Source: an uncultured Desulfospira sp.
GTDB lineage: Bacteria > Desulfobacterota > Desulfobacteria > Desulfobacterales > Desulfobacteraceae
Length of the DNA: 64,000 nt
Assembly (NCBI GenBank): GCA_963663165.1
Contig: OY760175.1
Span: forward strand, 864,001 to 928,000
Reading direction: 5' to 3'
Positions 31,158-40,726 of the stretch are shown piece by piece. The translations under genes were made by a program, and so were the position numbers. The stretch's first letter is position 1, and every line of letters begins with the position of its first letter. Below the pieces are notes generated by a model. The model had not been told where the DNA came from, did not search any database, and worked only from the letters and a program-made list of their open reading frames with translations.

Positions 31158-32447
31158 ATGAATATTCGACAAGATATAGTTCTTATTGCCGTTTGTTTTA
31201 TTGTAGTATTTGTTTCAAATTTGCATGCTTCGAACCTAATTTTAAATGGTGACTTTAGTGCCGGTAATACTGGATTCAGTACAGGGTATTCACTTGGATT
31301 GTCTCATACCTCAGGAACGTACGGTATTTTCACAGCAGGCGTTAATACTGGATTCTTTGGAATAGTTCCAAACGACCATACTACGGATGATGGTGAAATG
31401 TTTCTTGCAAATGGAGCCAATTCGAATACCTTGATTTGGGGACAGGATGTGGCTGTTCAACAAGACACAGTTTATAATTTTTCTATGTGGGCTATGACAC
31501 TTGCGATGGGTAATGGTGGTAATAATTCCGATTTGGAAGTAATGATCAATGGTTTACCTATTGGACCAATACTCGGAACCCCATTCCAGAATAGAAGCCC
31601 TTGGATCAATTTCACTGCGATATGGGACTCAGGAAGTAGCACCATTGCACAGATTCGCATTTTTGAAAGTTCTCTAGAATCTAGTGGGAACGACTTTGGC
31701 TTAGACGATATATCACTATCGGCTATTCTCCTTACTCACATTACAAGTTCAAATAGTGCACAGGCAATGCCAATAGGTGGTTCATTATCAGAACAAATTG
31801 AAAAAGTAAATTTTGGTCCACCTGCATATAACTCTGATGAATGGGAGGTTGCTCATAGCTTTTCTTACGATAATCATATGGCAAGTTCGTTTGAGTGTTC
31901 AGATCCAGATGTGTCAGACCCTTTAAATGAACCACATGTTTCAGCCAATGAATTTATCGATGATGCGTTTGAAGTAACTTATGACAATTGTTCCTCTGCA
32001 TTTTATAAATTCACCTTTAATATCCAAAATTGTTCAGAAGTCCTCGGAGCTGAATTAAAAGTCAATGTGGACGACATGGCAGTAGCTTACCTTAACGGTC
32101 ACAGAATTTCCCCCAAAATTTCAGCAGAAGATTTCACAAGTGAAGCCGGTAGAGAAAGAACTGAAAACGGAGTTCCAATTCTGGCATGGCCGAATATGGA
32201 TACTTTAAATGTCAATCCTGACTTATTCGTTCAGGGGGCAAATGTTCTTGTGTTTGGTGTCATTGGTGATGCCATTAATGAGTATGGAAACCAACTGGAA
32301 CCAACTGGAGTTGAGTTTGCCATGGCAATTGATATTAAAAACCCACCCTGCAAAGGGGATCTTGATGAAGATGGAGATGTTGATGGTAATGATTTACTTG
32401 AATTCACAAATGTATTTGGTAAGGAGTGCACGACAACTTCCGAATAG
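31158..32447 (+). CDS. Secreted protein with beta-sandwich domains and C-terminal dockerin-like motif
   Basis: Signal peptide, NLI.NGDFS.GN.GF, GNDFGLDDIS, VDD..AYLNG, GDLDEDGDVDGND; AT-rich. Confidence 0.8.
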   Translation: MNIRQDIVLIAVCFIVVFVSNLHASNLILNGDFSAGNTGFSTGYSLGLSHTSGTYGIFTAGVNTGFFGIVPNDHTTDDGEMFLANGANSNTLIWGQDVAVQQDTVYNFSMWAMTLAMGNGGNNSDLEVMINGLPIGPILGTPFQNRSPWINFTAIWDSGSSTIAQIRIFESSLESSGNDFGLDDISLSAILLTHITSSNSAQAMPIGGSLSEQIEKVNFGPPAYNSDEWEVAHSFSYDNHMASSFECSDPDVSDPLNEPHVSANEFIDDAFEVTYDNCSSAFYKFTFNIQNCSEVLGAELKVNVDDMAVAYLNGHRISPKISAEDFTSEAGRERTENGVPILAWPNMDTLNVNPDLFVQGANVLVFGVIGDAINEYGNQLEPTGVEFAMAIDIKNPPCKGDLDEDGDVDGNDLLEFTNVFGKECTTTSE

Positions 32448-32586
32448 AAATCTATAGTCAACAAAATACATTTTCGCTCCCGTACATAGAACCTGAGAAA
32501 TCAATTTAATACCGGATAAAATTGATTCTTTGCGAACCGACCAATGTATAGGGAATTTAGGAATCTTACGGAGAGTACCTTATCTA

Positions 32587-33633
32587 TCATGTGTCGCCCA
32601 AAGGCTTTATAGAAAGGGTAATGTCCGTGTCCTCTTTAAATCCGTATACGCCGACAAGCCATTCAAAGGGACCGGCATCGGGTTTTGAGGTCAGCCGCAC
32701 TTCCTGGCTTAAAAATCGGTCGTCAAATTCCCAGATATTTTTACCGTAATCATACACCCCCACACCGCTGCCAAGTACGGAGTACTGGTCATAATCCCTG
32801 TGACCGGTGATGGAAACAAGGTCAAAGGCATCGGCTTCGTATTCAATCTTCAGCGCCTGGCCTGCCCCTTCCTGGTCAAGGGTTGAGTCGTGGAACCCTC
32901 TCATCTCGGTGGGGTTGTCGTTTTTCAGGCCGTCGTCACTTGTAAATACTCTGTAAAGTCCCTGGCCGTCATCGTATTCAAAAGCATCCACGACCAGGGA
33001 AACAGACAGGTTATTATTGGGCAGCCACAATGCATTGGCCTTGATGTTTCTTCTATCGATCTTTGTAGCATCGTCCTGCCCGGTACGTGTATTTTTCATA
33101 AACCCGTCGCTGATGATGCCCCGGCCGTCAATGCCCAGAAAAAATCTGTCTTTTAAAACCGGAATATCAAGGCTGACACCGGCTTCATATTCCGGGATCA
33201 TGCCGTGGGAGGTGTCAAAGATGCTGTATGTGGCTTCAACGGTTCCGCTGAATGCGTTGCCCGGTTCCCGGGTCACAATATTCAATACGCCGGACTCCGT
33301 GTTTCTGCCGTAAAGGGTGCCCTGGGGACCGCGCAGGAATTCCACCCGTTCAACGTCAAGCAGTTCCAGGTTGTGCATGAACTGCAGCGGATAGTTGATA
33401 CCATCAATGTAAACGCCCACTGGCCCGATGGTGGCACCGTCCACCGAGGATACACCCCGGACCACCATGATATTCTCCATAGTCGCTTCTTTGAAATAAA
33501 CATTGAGAACAAAGCGGATCAAATCAGGCGTATCTGCTACGCCGGCATATTTCAGAGCCATGGCATCAAATGCATCCATACTGACAGGTACATCCTGCTC
33601 GTCAGCTTTTCTTTTTTCCGCTGTTACCGTCAT
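32587..33633 (-). pseudogene. Truncated TonB-dependent receptor
   Basis: VTAEKR, VGVYIDG, ERVEFLRGPQGTLYGRN, SQEVRL; lacks signal peptide and C-terminal barrel half. Confidence 0.85.
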
Positions 33634-33945
33634 GGTTTAAACAATGGGAGCATACCATTTATCAATTTACGTGAGGTCATATTCAGTCGCCGTCGGATTG
33701 TTGAAGTTTGAAAATTTTTGTTTTATTTCATCTGGTTGATCCTGTTTTTCGGAAATGTTAATATTTCTTGACAAAAAGCGATGAAGCATTTACTCATACT
33801 ACTAAACTAAAGCACAATCAAATTTGGATGTCATGACTAAATCAATGAGTCGTGGTAAATTAAATGTATAGGGATGGACGCCACAAAGGTTAAAAAGTGG
33901 TTATTATTTTTATGTTTATACTGAATAGAGGAGGAATATCTACAG

Positions 33946-35808
33946 ATGAAAATTGTAAAATGGACGTTTTCCGGCTTGTTTTTGATCCTGTGTTTGCTGT
34001 TTCTTACGGCCTGCAATGGCGGCGGTGGCGGCGGCGGTGATGCTGCGGATGCCACCATCAGCGGTATTGCCGCAGCGGGCGCTCCCATAGTCGGTACCAT
34101 AAATATCAGAGGGGCAAACGGTGTCACATCCCAAAGTGCAATTCTGGCTGACGGCAGTTACGAAGTCAATGTTGAAGCCCTGACTGCCCCCTTTCTGATC
34201 TGGGCCCAGGGAACGGCCAACGGAAAGGAAGTCAAGCTTTATTCCACGGTGGACTCTACTGAGGAAAACGCCAATGTCACACCGGCCACCAATTTGGTCA
34301 TGGCCATGGCTTTAGGGGCGGACCCGGCAGACGTTTATGAGGATGATCCTGATGCGGATGTTCCTGATGCCGCTGATATAGTCAATGCGGCGGTACGGGT
34401 CCAGGAACTTTTAAGCAGTGTTTTCGCCACCCTGGAAATGGATGCAGATTTTGATTTGATGAACGGTGAATTTGTCATCGGAGAGTCCTTTGACAGGGTC
34501 CTTGACACGGTATCCTTTCAAGTAGACAGCACAGACCCTGACAATGTGACCGTAGAGATTGCCGACAAGTCCTCGGGTACAACAATGTTTGAACATAACG
34601 CTTCAAGCGGGGAAACCGAAAAGGAACTGACACCTGAGGAAGTTCAGGAGATTGTGGGGGCCAATCTCACTTTCCAGGAAGAAGCCCTGGCCATATTTAA
34701 GAAAATAGAAGCGTTATATGCGACTTCAGAGCCAACTATAGCTAAATTGAAAGCGGCGCTTCTCCCCTACATGACGTCTGATTTTCTGGATGAGGGCATG
34801 GGCCGGGAAGATTTCCTGGAAGATTGGCTGGATGAAGATGAAGGGCCAACCACCGGCATTACGATCACGGCGGTGAGTATTTACCGGGGAATGAGCAACG
34901 CTAAAACGGTGTATAATAATGTAACAATAGACGAAATGCCCGGTTATACGGAAGGAAACTGGTGTTTGGTAACATTGAGCGAAAATGGGGTTACAGAGAG
35001 TTTTATCACCTCATTTGTCAAAGACGGTGACATCGTGAAATGGTATGGCAACCAGTGTCCATTTTATGACGGTGGGGATATAGAAAGTGACCATGTTTTT
35101 GAGACGCGGGAATACGGTGGGGATAGCAAATGGTCCGGCCTTGATTTATGGGCTGAAGATGAGGGTAATGTGGCGTTGGACACCTATGGTATTAATGGGT
35201 TTATTGTGTTGCATCCAGCGTTGCCCAGTCTGACCAATATCGGTTATCCCGGCATCAACGGTCTTTTGCTTGAACGGACCAGTGATATAGATCCGGAATA
35301 TACAATTTCTTCAACAACGACATCCCATTGGATGAGTCAATATACAGAAGATGACGGTTTGAAAATTGAAGAACTCACGGCGGGTGATGAGTTTTTCTTT
35401 GTCGGGGTGGATGTTGACACCAAAACAGTCAAGCACAGCTGGATTTGCCCGCTTAATGCCGTTCCCCTCAAGGCGAGCAAACTGACCAACGCGCATTTTC
35501 CAACCATTACTACGCCAACTGATTCCGGTGATGTAAGTATTCCCGGAGAGGTCTCTGTGGCCTGGACCCTGCCCACGGCAGTAGATGCCTTTGGAGACTG
35601 GGTTTCCATTAACTTTGGTACTGGTTCCAATTGGTCAAATATGGACAACGATAATCCTGAGTGGGGTGATAAAGACTGGGTGACAACCACCTTTGATACC
35701 TCTGAAACCAGTATCACCAATCCCACCTGGTTTAATGTCCAGGTAACTGCAGAGGACGGCAGTGGCATGGCTTTTAAAAGGATTCTTTCTTTTTCACTGC
35801 CCCAATAA
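33946..35808 (+). CDS. Acidic surface lipoprotein
   Basis: Lipobox LTAC, poly-Gly linker, G.AA.GAPI, ANVTP.T. Confidence 0.85.
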   Translation: MKIVKWTFSGLFLILCLLFLTACNGGGGGGGDAADATISGIAAAGAPIVGTINIRGANGVTSQSAILADGSYEVNVEALTAPFLIWAQGTANGKEVKLYSTVDSTEENANVTPATNLVMAMALGADPADVYEDDPDADVPDAADIVNAAVRVQELLSSVFATLEMDADFDLMNGEFVIGESFDRVLDTVSFQVDSTDPDNVTVEIADKSSGTTMFEHNASSGETEKELTPEEVQEIVGANLTFQEEALAIFKKIEALYATSEPTIAKLKAALLPYMTSDFLDEGMGREDFLEDWLDEDEGPTTGITITAVSIYRGMSNAKTVYNNVTIDEMPGYTEGNWCLVTLSENGVTESFITSFVKDGDIVKWYGNQCPFYDGGDIESDHVFETREYGGDSKWSGLDLWAEDEGNVALDTYGINGFIVLHPALPSLTNIGYPGINGLLLERTSDIDPEYTISSTTTSHWMSQYTEDDGLKIEELTAGDEFFFVGVDVDTKTVKHSWICPLNAVPLKASKLTNAHFPTITTPTDSGDVSIPGEVSVAWTLPTAVDAFGDWVSINFGTGSNWSNMDNDNPEWGDKDWVTTTFDTSETSITNPTWFNVQVTAEDGSGMAFKRILSFSLPQ

Positions 35809-35861
35809 CAATAGCCGGTCGGGTTTTGTCGGTGGTTGATCCGGAATAACGGACCGTTAGG

Positions 35862-35902
35862 GAGACAAGGCCTTTAATTTTAAACAGGCCTTGTCTCTCT
35901 TT
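35862..35902 (+). terminator. Intrinsic terminator
   Basis: GAGACAAGGCCT...AGGCCTTGTCTC followed by TCTTT. Confidence 0.6.
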
Positions 35903-36002
35903 GCTGCAACACACCGGTTGGTTTTAAGGATGGCAGTCCCCTTTCCGATACGGCAGTTAAAGGGACTGCCTATCCATGGATTTAAGCAGGCCAACAGTAA
36001 AT

Positions 36003-36818
36003 ATGAAAAGACCTTTTATAATCATAAGCCTGGTTTTTATTTTAACTTTTTATGGTTTCTTTTTTGAAACCGTTAAGATGAGTGCGCTTGCCAAATCCCA
36101 GACAGTTCATAATGAAAATACAAAAAGCGTTAAGGCTGACAGAGCCAAAGATGCGCTACTTCGAAAAACGAATTTAGACCTTGAACTTTTAGGAACAATT
36201 GTCGCAGAAGGCAGTGCTTCTTATGCCATTATCCGGAATAAACATACACATGACCAGATTCTGTATTCAACAGGGGATAGAGTTAATGACGCTGTTGTGG
36301 AAAGGATCTTCAGAGAAAAGGTTGTTCTGGCGGTTAACGGGGAAAATGAGATACTGCATATTCAAAAAGGCCGTCAGGTTTTGCCGGATACCGGCGGAAA
36401 GCCAACCCGGGACTATGGAACACAACATAAGGATGGTAAAGATCATATCGCGGTAAAAAAAGAACATGTTGAACAAATAATAAATAATTTTGACGTGCTG
36501 CAAAAACTGATTCGTGTCCAACCGGTTTATTCCAATAAAAAAATGGATGGTTATAAAGTTACGGGAATAACAGCAGGTTCTGTTTTTGAAAAAATCGGTT
36601 TAAAGAACGGGGATGTTGTGGTGGGTGTCAACTCGAAAAAAATTACATCAATAGAAGATGTCGCAATAATTTATGAGGAATTTCAATCACTTGGGGACTT
36701 AAGCGATATAGATCTTGAGATAAAAAGAGAACAAAATACCGGCCCAAAACACAGGTTCCGCCGTAAAAAAAGATCCCCGAACCCATCTGCATACCGGGCT
36801 ATCTCCGGTAATAGCTGA
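36003..36818 (+). CDS. gspC: GspC-like type II secretion protein with PDZ domain, C-terminus possibly scrambled
   Basis: L.L.GT....A.I, I....V.L..NG..E.L, GS.F.K.GLK.GD. Confidence 0.7.
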   Translation: MKRPFIIISLVFILTFYGFFFETVKMSALAKSQTVHNENTKSVKADRAKDALLRKTNLDLELLGTIVAEGSASYAIIRNKHTHDQILYSTGDRVNDAVVERIFREKVVLAVNGENEILHIQKGRQVLPDTGGKPTRDYGTQHKDGKDHIAVKKEHVEQIINNFDVLQKLIRVQPVYSNKKMDGYKVTGITAGSVFEKIGLKNGDVVVGVNSKKITSIEDVAIIYEEFQSLGDLSDIDLEIKREQNTGPKHRFRRKKRSPNPSAYRAISGNS

Positions 36819-36834
36819 CAATACCCTAATAAAC

Positions 36835-36926
36835 GGAGACCGGGAACAGGAGACCGGAGGCCGGAATACGTATACCTTAAGAAGGTGCAACTCCCGGTTT
36901 CCGGTCTTCATTCCTTCAGTCTCCCC
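36835..36926. repeat. GGAGACCGG-type inverted repeat
   Basis: Related to 7762-7830. Confidence 0.5.
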
Positions 36927-37158
36927 GCAGGGGCGCCTAAGATGCCTTTACTAAACCAAGTTTAAATGATACTCTTTTTTTGAGTCATAATGAGCCGTTA
37001 AGGTAGGTTAAAATAGAGTTCGCCGGATCATCCAGCCGCTGCCAAGACATCGCAACCTCATACCGGACCGTGGCCGTTTTGCTCAAACATGCTCATGAAT
37101 TTCATTTCACCGGATCTGATCCACAGGGTAATGTCAACGTTAACGGGGTGGGTGCCGG

Positions 37159-37731
37159 ATGGGAACGAAACACACCATTTCAGAAAGTCTTGCAAGCGAT
37201 ACCTTTCCGCTTAATATCGCCATTGTGGGCGGCGGCCGGACCTGCCGGTTTTTTCTTGAGCTGATCCATGATGACCCCCTGCCGTTCTTTGATATCAAAA
37301 TACTGGGGGTGTGTGATAAAAACTCCCGGGCCGAGGGGATTCTGATGGCCCGGAAAATGGGGATATATACAAACAACAGCCTTGATGACCTGCTGAAAAT
37401 TGAACGCCTTGACAGCGTTCTTGAGCTGACGGGAAAGCAAATCGTCCTTCTTGAAATTATCCGGCTAAAACCCCGGGGGGTCGGGGTTCTTGAGTACAAT
37501 ATCAGCCGGGTGCTGCGCAATCTTCTAAAAACCCGCCAGCGGCTTGAATCAACCGAGCAACGGCTTTTGGCCGAAAAAACATTTTCCAATCTGTTGATCC
37601 GCCAGAGTACGGCGGCCATTGTTTCTATTAATACGGATTTCACCATTGTTGATGCCAATGACGCCTATCTTAAAACGGTGAAAAAGACAAAGGACCAGGT
37701 CATGGGTGCCCGCTGCTATGAAATTTCATAG
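37159..37731 (+). pseudogene. Truncated PAS sensor (Rossmann-like N-domain plus start of PAS)
   Basis: NIAIVGGG..., PAS start F.IV.AN.AYL...G..CYE, then stops next to the IS91 end. Confidence 0.75.
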
Positions 37732-37799
37732 ACAGATACAACAGATAAGAACTTGCTTTTTGACTCAAGAAGTATAGAAAAATATTGGAAGCTTGAAAT

Positions 37800-37855
37800 A
37801 TGCCCCCGCCGGGCCACAGGCACAACATGTTGTGCCTGTGGCCCGGCGGGGGCAT
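37800..37855. repeat. Perfect 56-bp palindrome with no loop
   Basis: ATGCCCCCGCCGGGCCACAGGCACAACA|TGTTGTGCCTGTGGCCCGGCGGGGGCAT. Confidence 0.95.
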
Positions 37856-38633
37856 TCGCCGAAAAAAGGGATGTCGCAGGACAGAGGTAAAAGAATAGCC
37901 TGTATCAGAAATCTCCAAAGCAAATATGAAAATTCCAAAATTTAAGCTGATTTTAAGCGCACCTCACCAGAAACCCCGCGTACAGAGAAAATCAATTCCA
38001 ATACTCAACTGCCGGGATCTGGGAGACTGAAAAGTCATAAACCAACTCAGGAATGGGATCAGAAATAACCGCCTGCGGTGGGTCATGGTTGTGGATATCC
38101 CATAAGCCCAGGTGCCGCAAAATCTTTTCGATAATATCAAGATCTTCGATAAAAGAAATAATTTTCATTTGGCCCTGACATTTTGGGCAAACCAAAGGAT
38201 CAATTTCATAAATTTTTTGGATTAATCTGGCCCAATTCTGCCTTGCTTCTTTTGAAGACATCTTATTTTGTATAATTGTCGGGATTGTGTTATCAGTTTC
38301 CGCCTTCTTTCTCATCCCCCTGGACTTGTTAGAAAAGTAACTATAGTAACGAACGGTATGCTCGTATCTTCCTGGAATATGTGTCACCAACCTGGCAAGC
38401 CAATCCAAAGCATTAAACATTTTTTGGGATTTTCCATCTTTGGCGGTATAAATGATTTTAGCAATACCATCATCAGATTTTTCGACCGGAATATAGACCA
38501 GTCTTTCCTGGGAGAAGCAGGCTCGAATGATATATCTTGCCAGGTTGCCAAGTCCGATTTTATCATCAGGCTCAATTCTGTCTCCGATATAAACTTTAAA
38601 TCCGGAATGATACCAGGAAAGCATGTTGTTCAA

Positions 38634-38652
38634 GTTTCTGCCCTTCAGGGTA
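38634..38652 (-). mobile_element. Hairpin micro-insertion
   Basis: TACCCTGAAGGGCAGAAAC. Confidence 0.75.
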
Positions 38653-38992
38653 TGATGGCATCATTTATTTTCCCCTCTTTCTTGAGCATTTTCAGCACCT
38701 CATACTGAAATGCTTCTTCCAGGTCTTCAAGCATAAATATCGGAGCAGTCTGAAAGCTGCCGTCTTTTAAGAAACAACCGTCTGAAACTATGGCGTGAAG
38801 ATGCGGATTGAAATTTAGAAAGTCGCCATAGGTCTGCACTGCAATACTGGCACCGGGAACAGCTTCTCCACCCGGGACCGTAGATTTCAGGTAAGCTGTA
38901 ATAACACTCCATGCACATTTGGAAAGTTTTGCCAGTAAAGTGCGGTCATAAAGAAAATAAATTCGTAACCGTTTAGGGATGCTGAAAACCCA

Positions 38993-39011
38993 GTTTCTGA
39001 CCTTTAGGTTA
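38993..39011 (-). mobile_element. Hairpin micro-insertion
   Basis: TAACCTAAAGGTCAGAAAC; removal restores YRQ-WVFS in frame. Confidence 0.85.
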
Positions 39012-39263
39012 TTGCCGGTATGGGACATCTTTTAAGACATTTGTCAGCAGCCATTCTCCATATTCGACAACCCTTTTCTGATGATAGGATGGGCAAAAAT
39101 GCCGGCGCTTGCAAGAAAATGCCAGAAGACACTCATGGCCACATTCTTCACAACGGACCCTGGCAAACCCCATATGAAGATCACCACAGTCGAGATATCT
39201 GTAAATTACAGTCATGACGTATGTTCGCCAATAGCCGTATCTGGATTTATACATATCATCCCA

Positions 39264-39281
39264 GTTTCTGCCCTCCGGGTA
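39264..39281 (-). mobile_element. Hairpin micro-insertion (in frame)
   Basis: TACCCGGAGGGCAGAAAC; removal gives ERV-WDDM. Confidence 0.85.
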
Positions 39282-39455
39282 CACCCGTTCCAACTCTTCA
39301 AAATGATTCTCAACACACTTGTAATATGCGCTTTCTTTGGGAGTACGCGGTTTGTAAACATCAAAATTACTTGTTGCCTGTTGGGCCATTACGCGCTTAT
39401 GTGTTAATTAGGTTTTCCAGGTGTATCAGGGTGGGCTTGGGATTGTTCAGGATGA

Positions 39456-39500
39456 GGGCAACTACTGGTTGTTGATGAAAACATACAATAATTGTTGAAT
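39456..39500 (+). other. attI-like site
   Basis: GGGCAACTACTGGTTGTTG...AAACATACAATAATT-GTTGAAT (GTTRRRY core) upstream of and divergent from the transposase. Confidence 0.4.
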
Positions 39501-39529
39501 AAACTAAACAAAAATAAAAATTGAAATCG

Positions 39530-39577
39530 CCCTAACAAAAAAATGCTGCGGATAAACCGCAGATTTTGACGTTCTGG
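39530..39577 (+). other. Compact attC-like site
   Basis: CCCTAAC-AAAAAAAT[G]CTGCGG-ATAAA-CCGCAG-ATTTTGAC-GTT: AAC/GTT boxes, unpaired central spacer, one extrahelical G. Confidence 0.65.
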
Positions 39578-40577
39578 GTGCGACACGAGGTCGCACTATT
39601 GGCTGTTTGCGGGCCTGTCGGTCCTGACCAAACCCGGCATTCTCCTGCCGGTACCCTATGTGGCATGCGGTTTCCGGTGCATCCGGAAACGGTGTGAAGC
39701 CCAACCGAAAACGTACCGAATTCCGCAATTGCGGAAGGGGTGGAAGCCGTGAGGCGGATATCCTCCTGGAAGCCTCAATCCGGTTGAGGGCAAGGGTTTG
39801 GATGATATGGTCAAATTAATTGAATGTTCCGTAAGTACCGTCACGGAGAGCAAGCTAAAGAGGCTGGTAAGCTTGGACCTAAAGGTGAGCGGTCAGGTTG
39901 CAGATTTCCGAACTACCGCGTGAGATGTTGCGCCGCCGGTGCTTAAGGGCAGGCCTAAGTCATCCACTAATTGGCAATAGTGTGGAACGTGGAAACCCCG
40001 TATCTTCGCCGGGAACATTCGGCAGGTGAAACCGTAAGGCACACTGATGAAGGTGCGGGAGTAAGATGCAGGAAAAAGCGAATGCCATCTTGTAATGAGG
40101 TGGATACGGATTGAGATGGATCTATTCTTCAACATTACCCGGCCCGAAAGGGAGCTGACGTCCGGCGGGTGTGGCTACAGACACACCCGGACAGGTGTTT
40201 CTTTGCGAGAAAGTCTGGAGAATCTTTGAAAATGGGAAAGCAAATGACGGCAATAGCTGGTGCGCCCATCAGCAGTTTATACTGTTAAAAGACTGTAGAT
40301 GCGTATCGCAAAGGTTGTTAGAGAAGCACACGACATGCACATCCAGAGGCATTTTCAAAAGACGTATGTTTTTTGACCAGAAAAAAAAGAACTGTACTTC
40401 CCTGGCGGATCATCAAAGAAGCATGCTATGGAATAACTGTAAATTTCATTATTGCTTAAACAACCGGGTGGCCCCGCAAGGCTTAGCCTTAGAAATGCTT
40501 GAGCCGTATGACGGGAAACTGTCACGTACGGTTCTGAGGGGGCTTGGGGCAGTTAAAACTGCCCCCGGCTACCCGAT
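39578..40577 (+). ncRNA. Group IIB intron ribozyme with deleted RT ORF
   Basis: 5' GTGCG; domain V GAGCCGTATGACGGGAAACTGTCACGTACGGTTC; domain VI ending CTACCCGAT; IEP relics MTAIAGAP (40244) and MRIAK (40299). Confidence 0.9.
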
Positions 40578-40726
40578 TGACAAAAAATATATGGTTCAAT
40601 ACCGTTGTTGGAAAAACCACTCTCGGAGAGAAGGAAGGAACCCTAATTGTAAAGAATTAAGGCATGTTTTTATTTATAAGTCTCTTTGTATTTAGTTTTC
40701 TAATAGCATTTTTCTCAGATTCGCCA

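Larger units (their letters stand above)
37744..39389 (-). mobile_element. IS91-family element, degenerate; oriIS-like end at 37744-37761
   Basis: Y2 transposase remains; downstream minus-strand AAAAAGCAAGTTCTTATC resembles IS91/ISCR oriIS; terIS not located. Confidence 0.75.
37992..39389 (-). pseudogene. IS91-family (Y2 HUH) transposase interrupted by three micro-insertions
   Basis: Zn finger CG...GF..C..C..FSCK.R.FCPS, HUH NFNPHLH, Y2 LARYIIR, VRYY; split over three ORFs. Confidence 0.92.

Noticed and set aside
33301..33319. CACCCTTTACGGCAGAAAC (minus), resembling the micro-insertion
   Set aside because: It encodes the conserved GTLYGRN motif of TonB receptors, so the match is coincidental.
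37800..37855. Protelomerase (telRL-like) site
   Set aside because: No protelomerase in the window, and it is GC-rich, unlike known tel sites; only the length is similar.
40171..40695. 174-aa ORF as intron-encoded protein
   Set aside because: No RT motifs; it reads through domains V/VI in a non-IEP frame.
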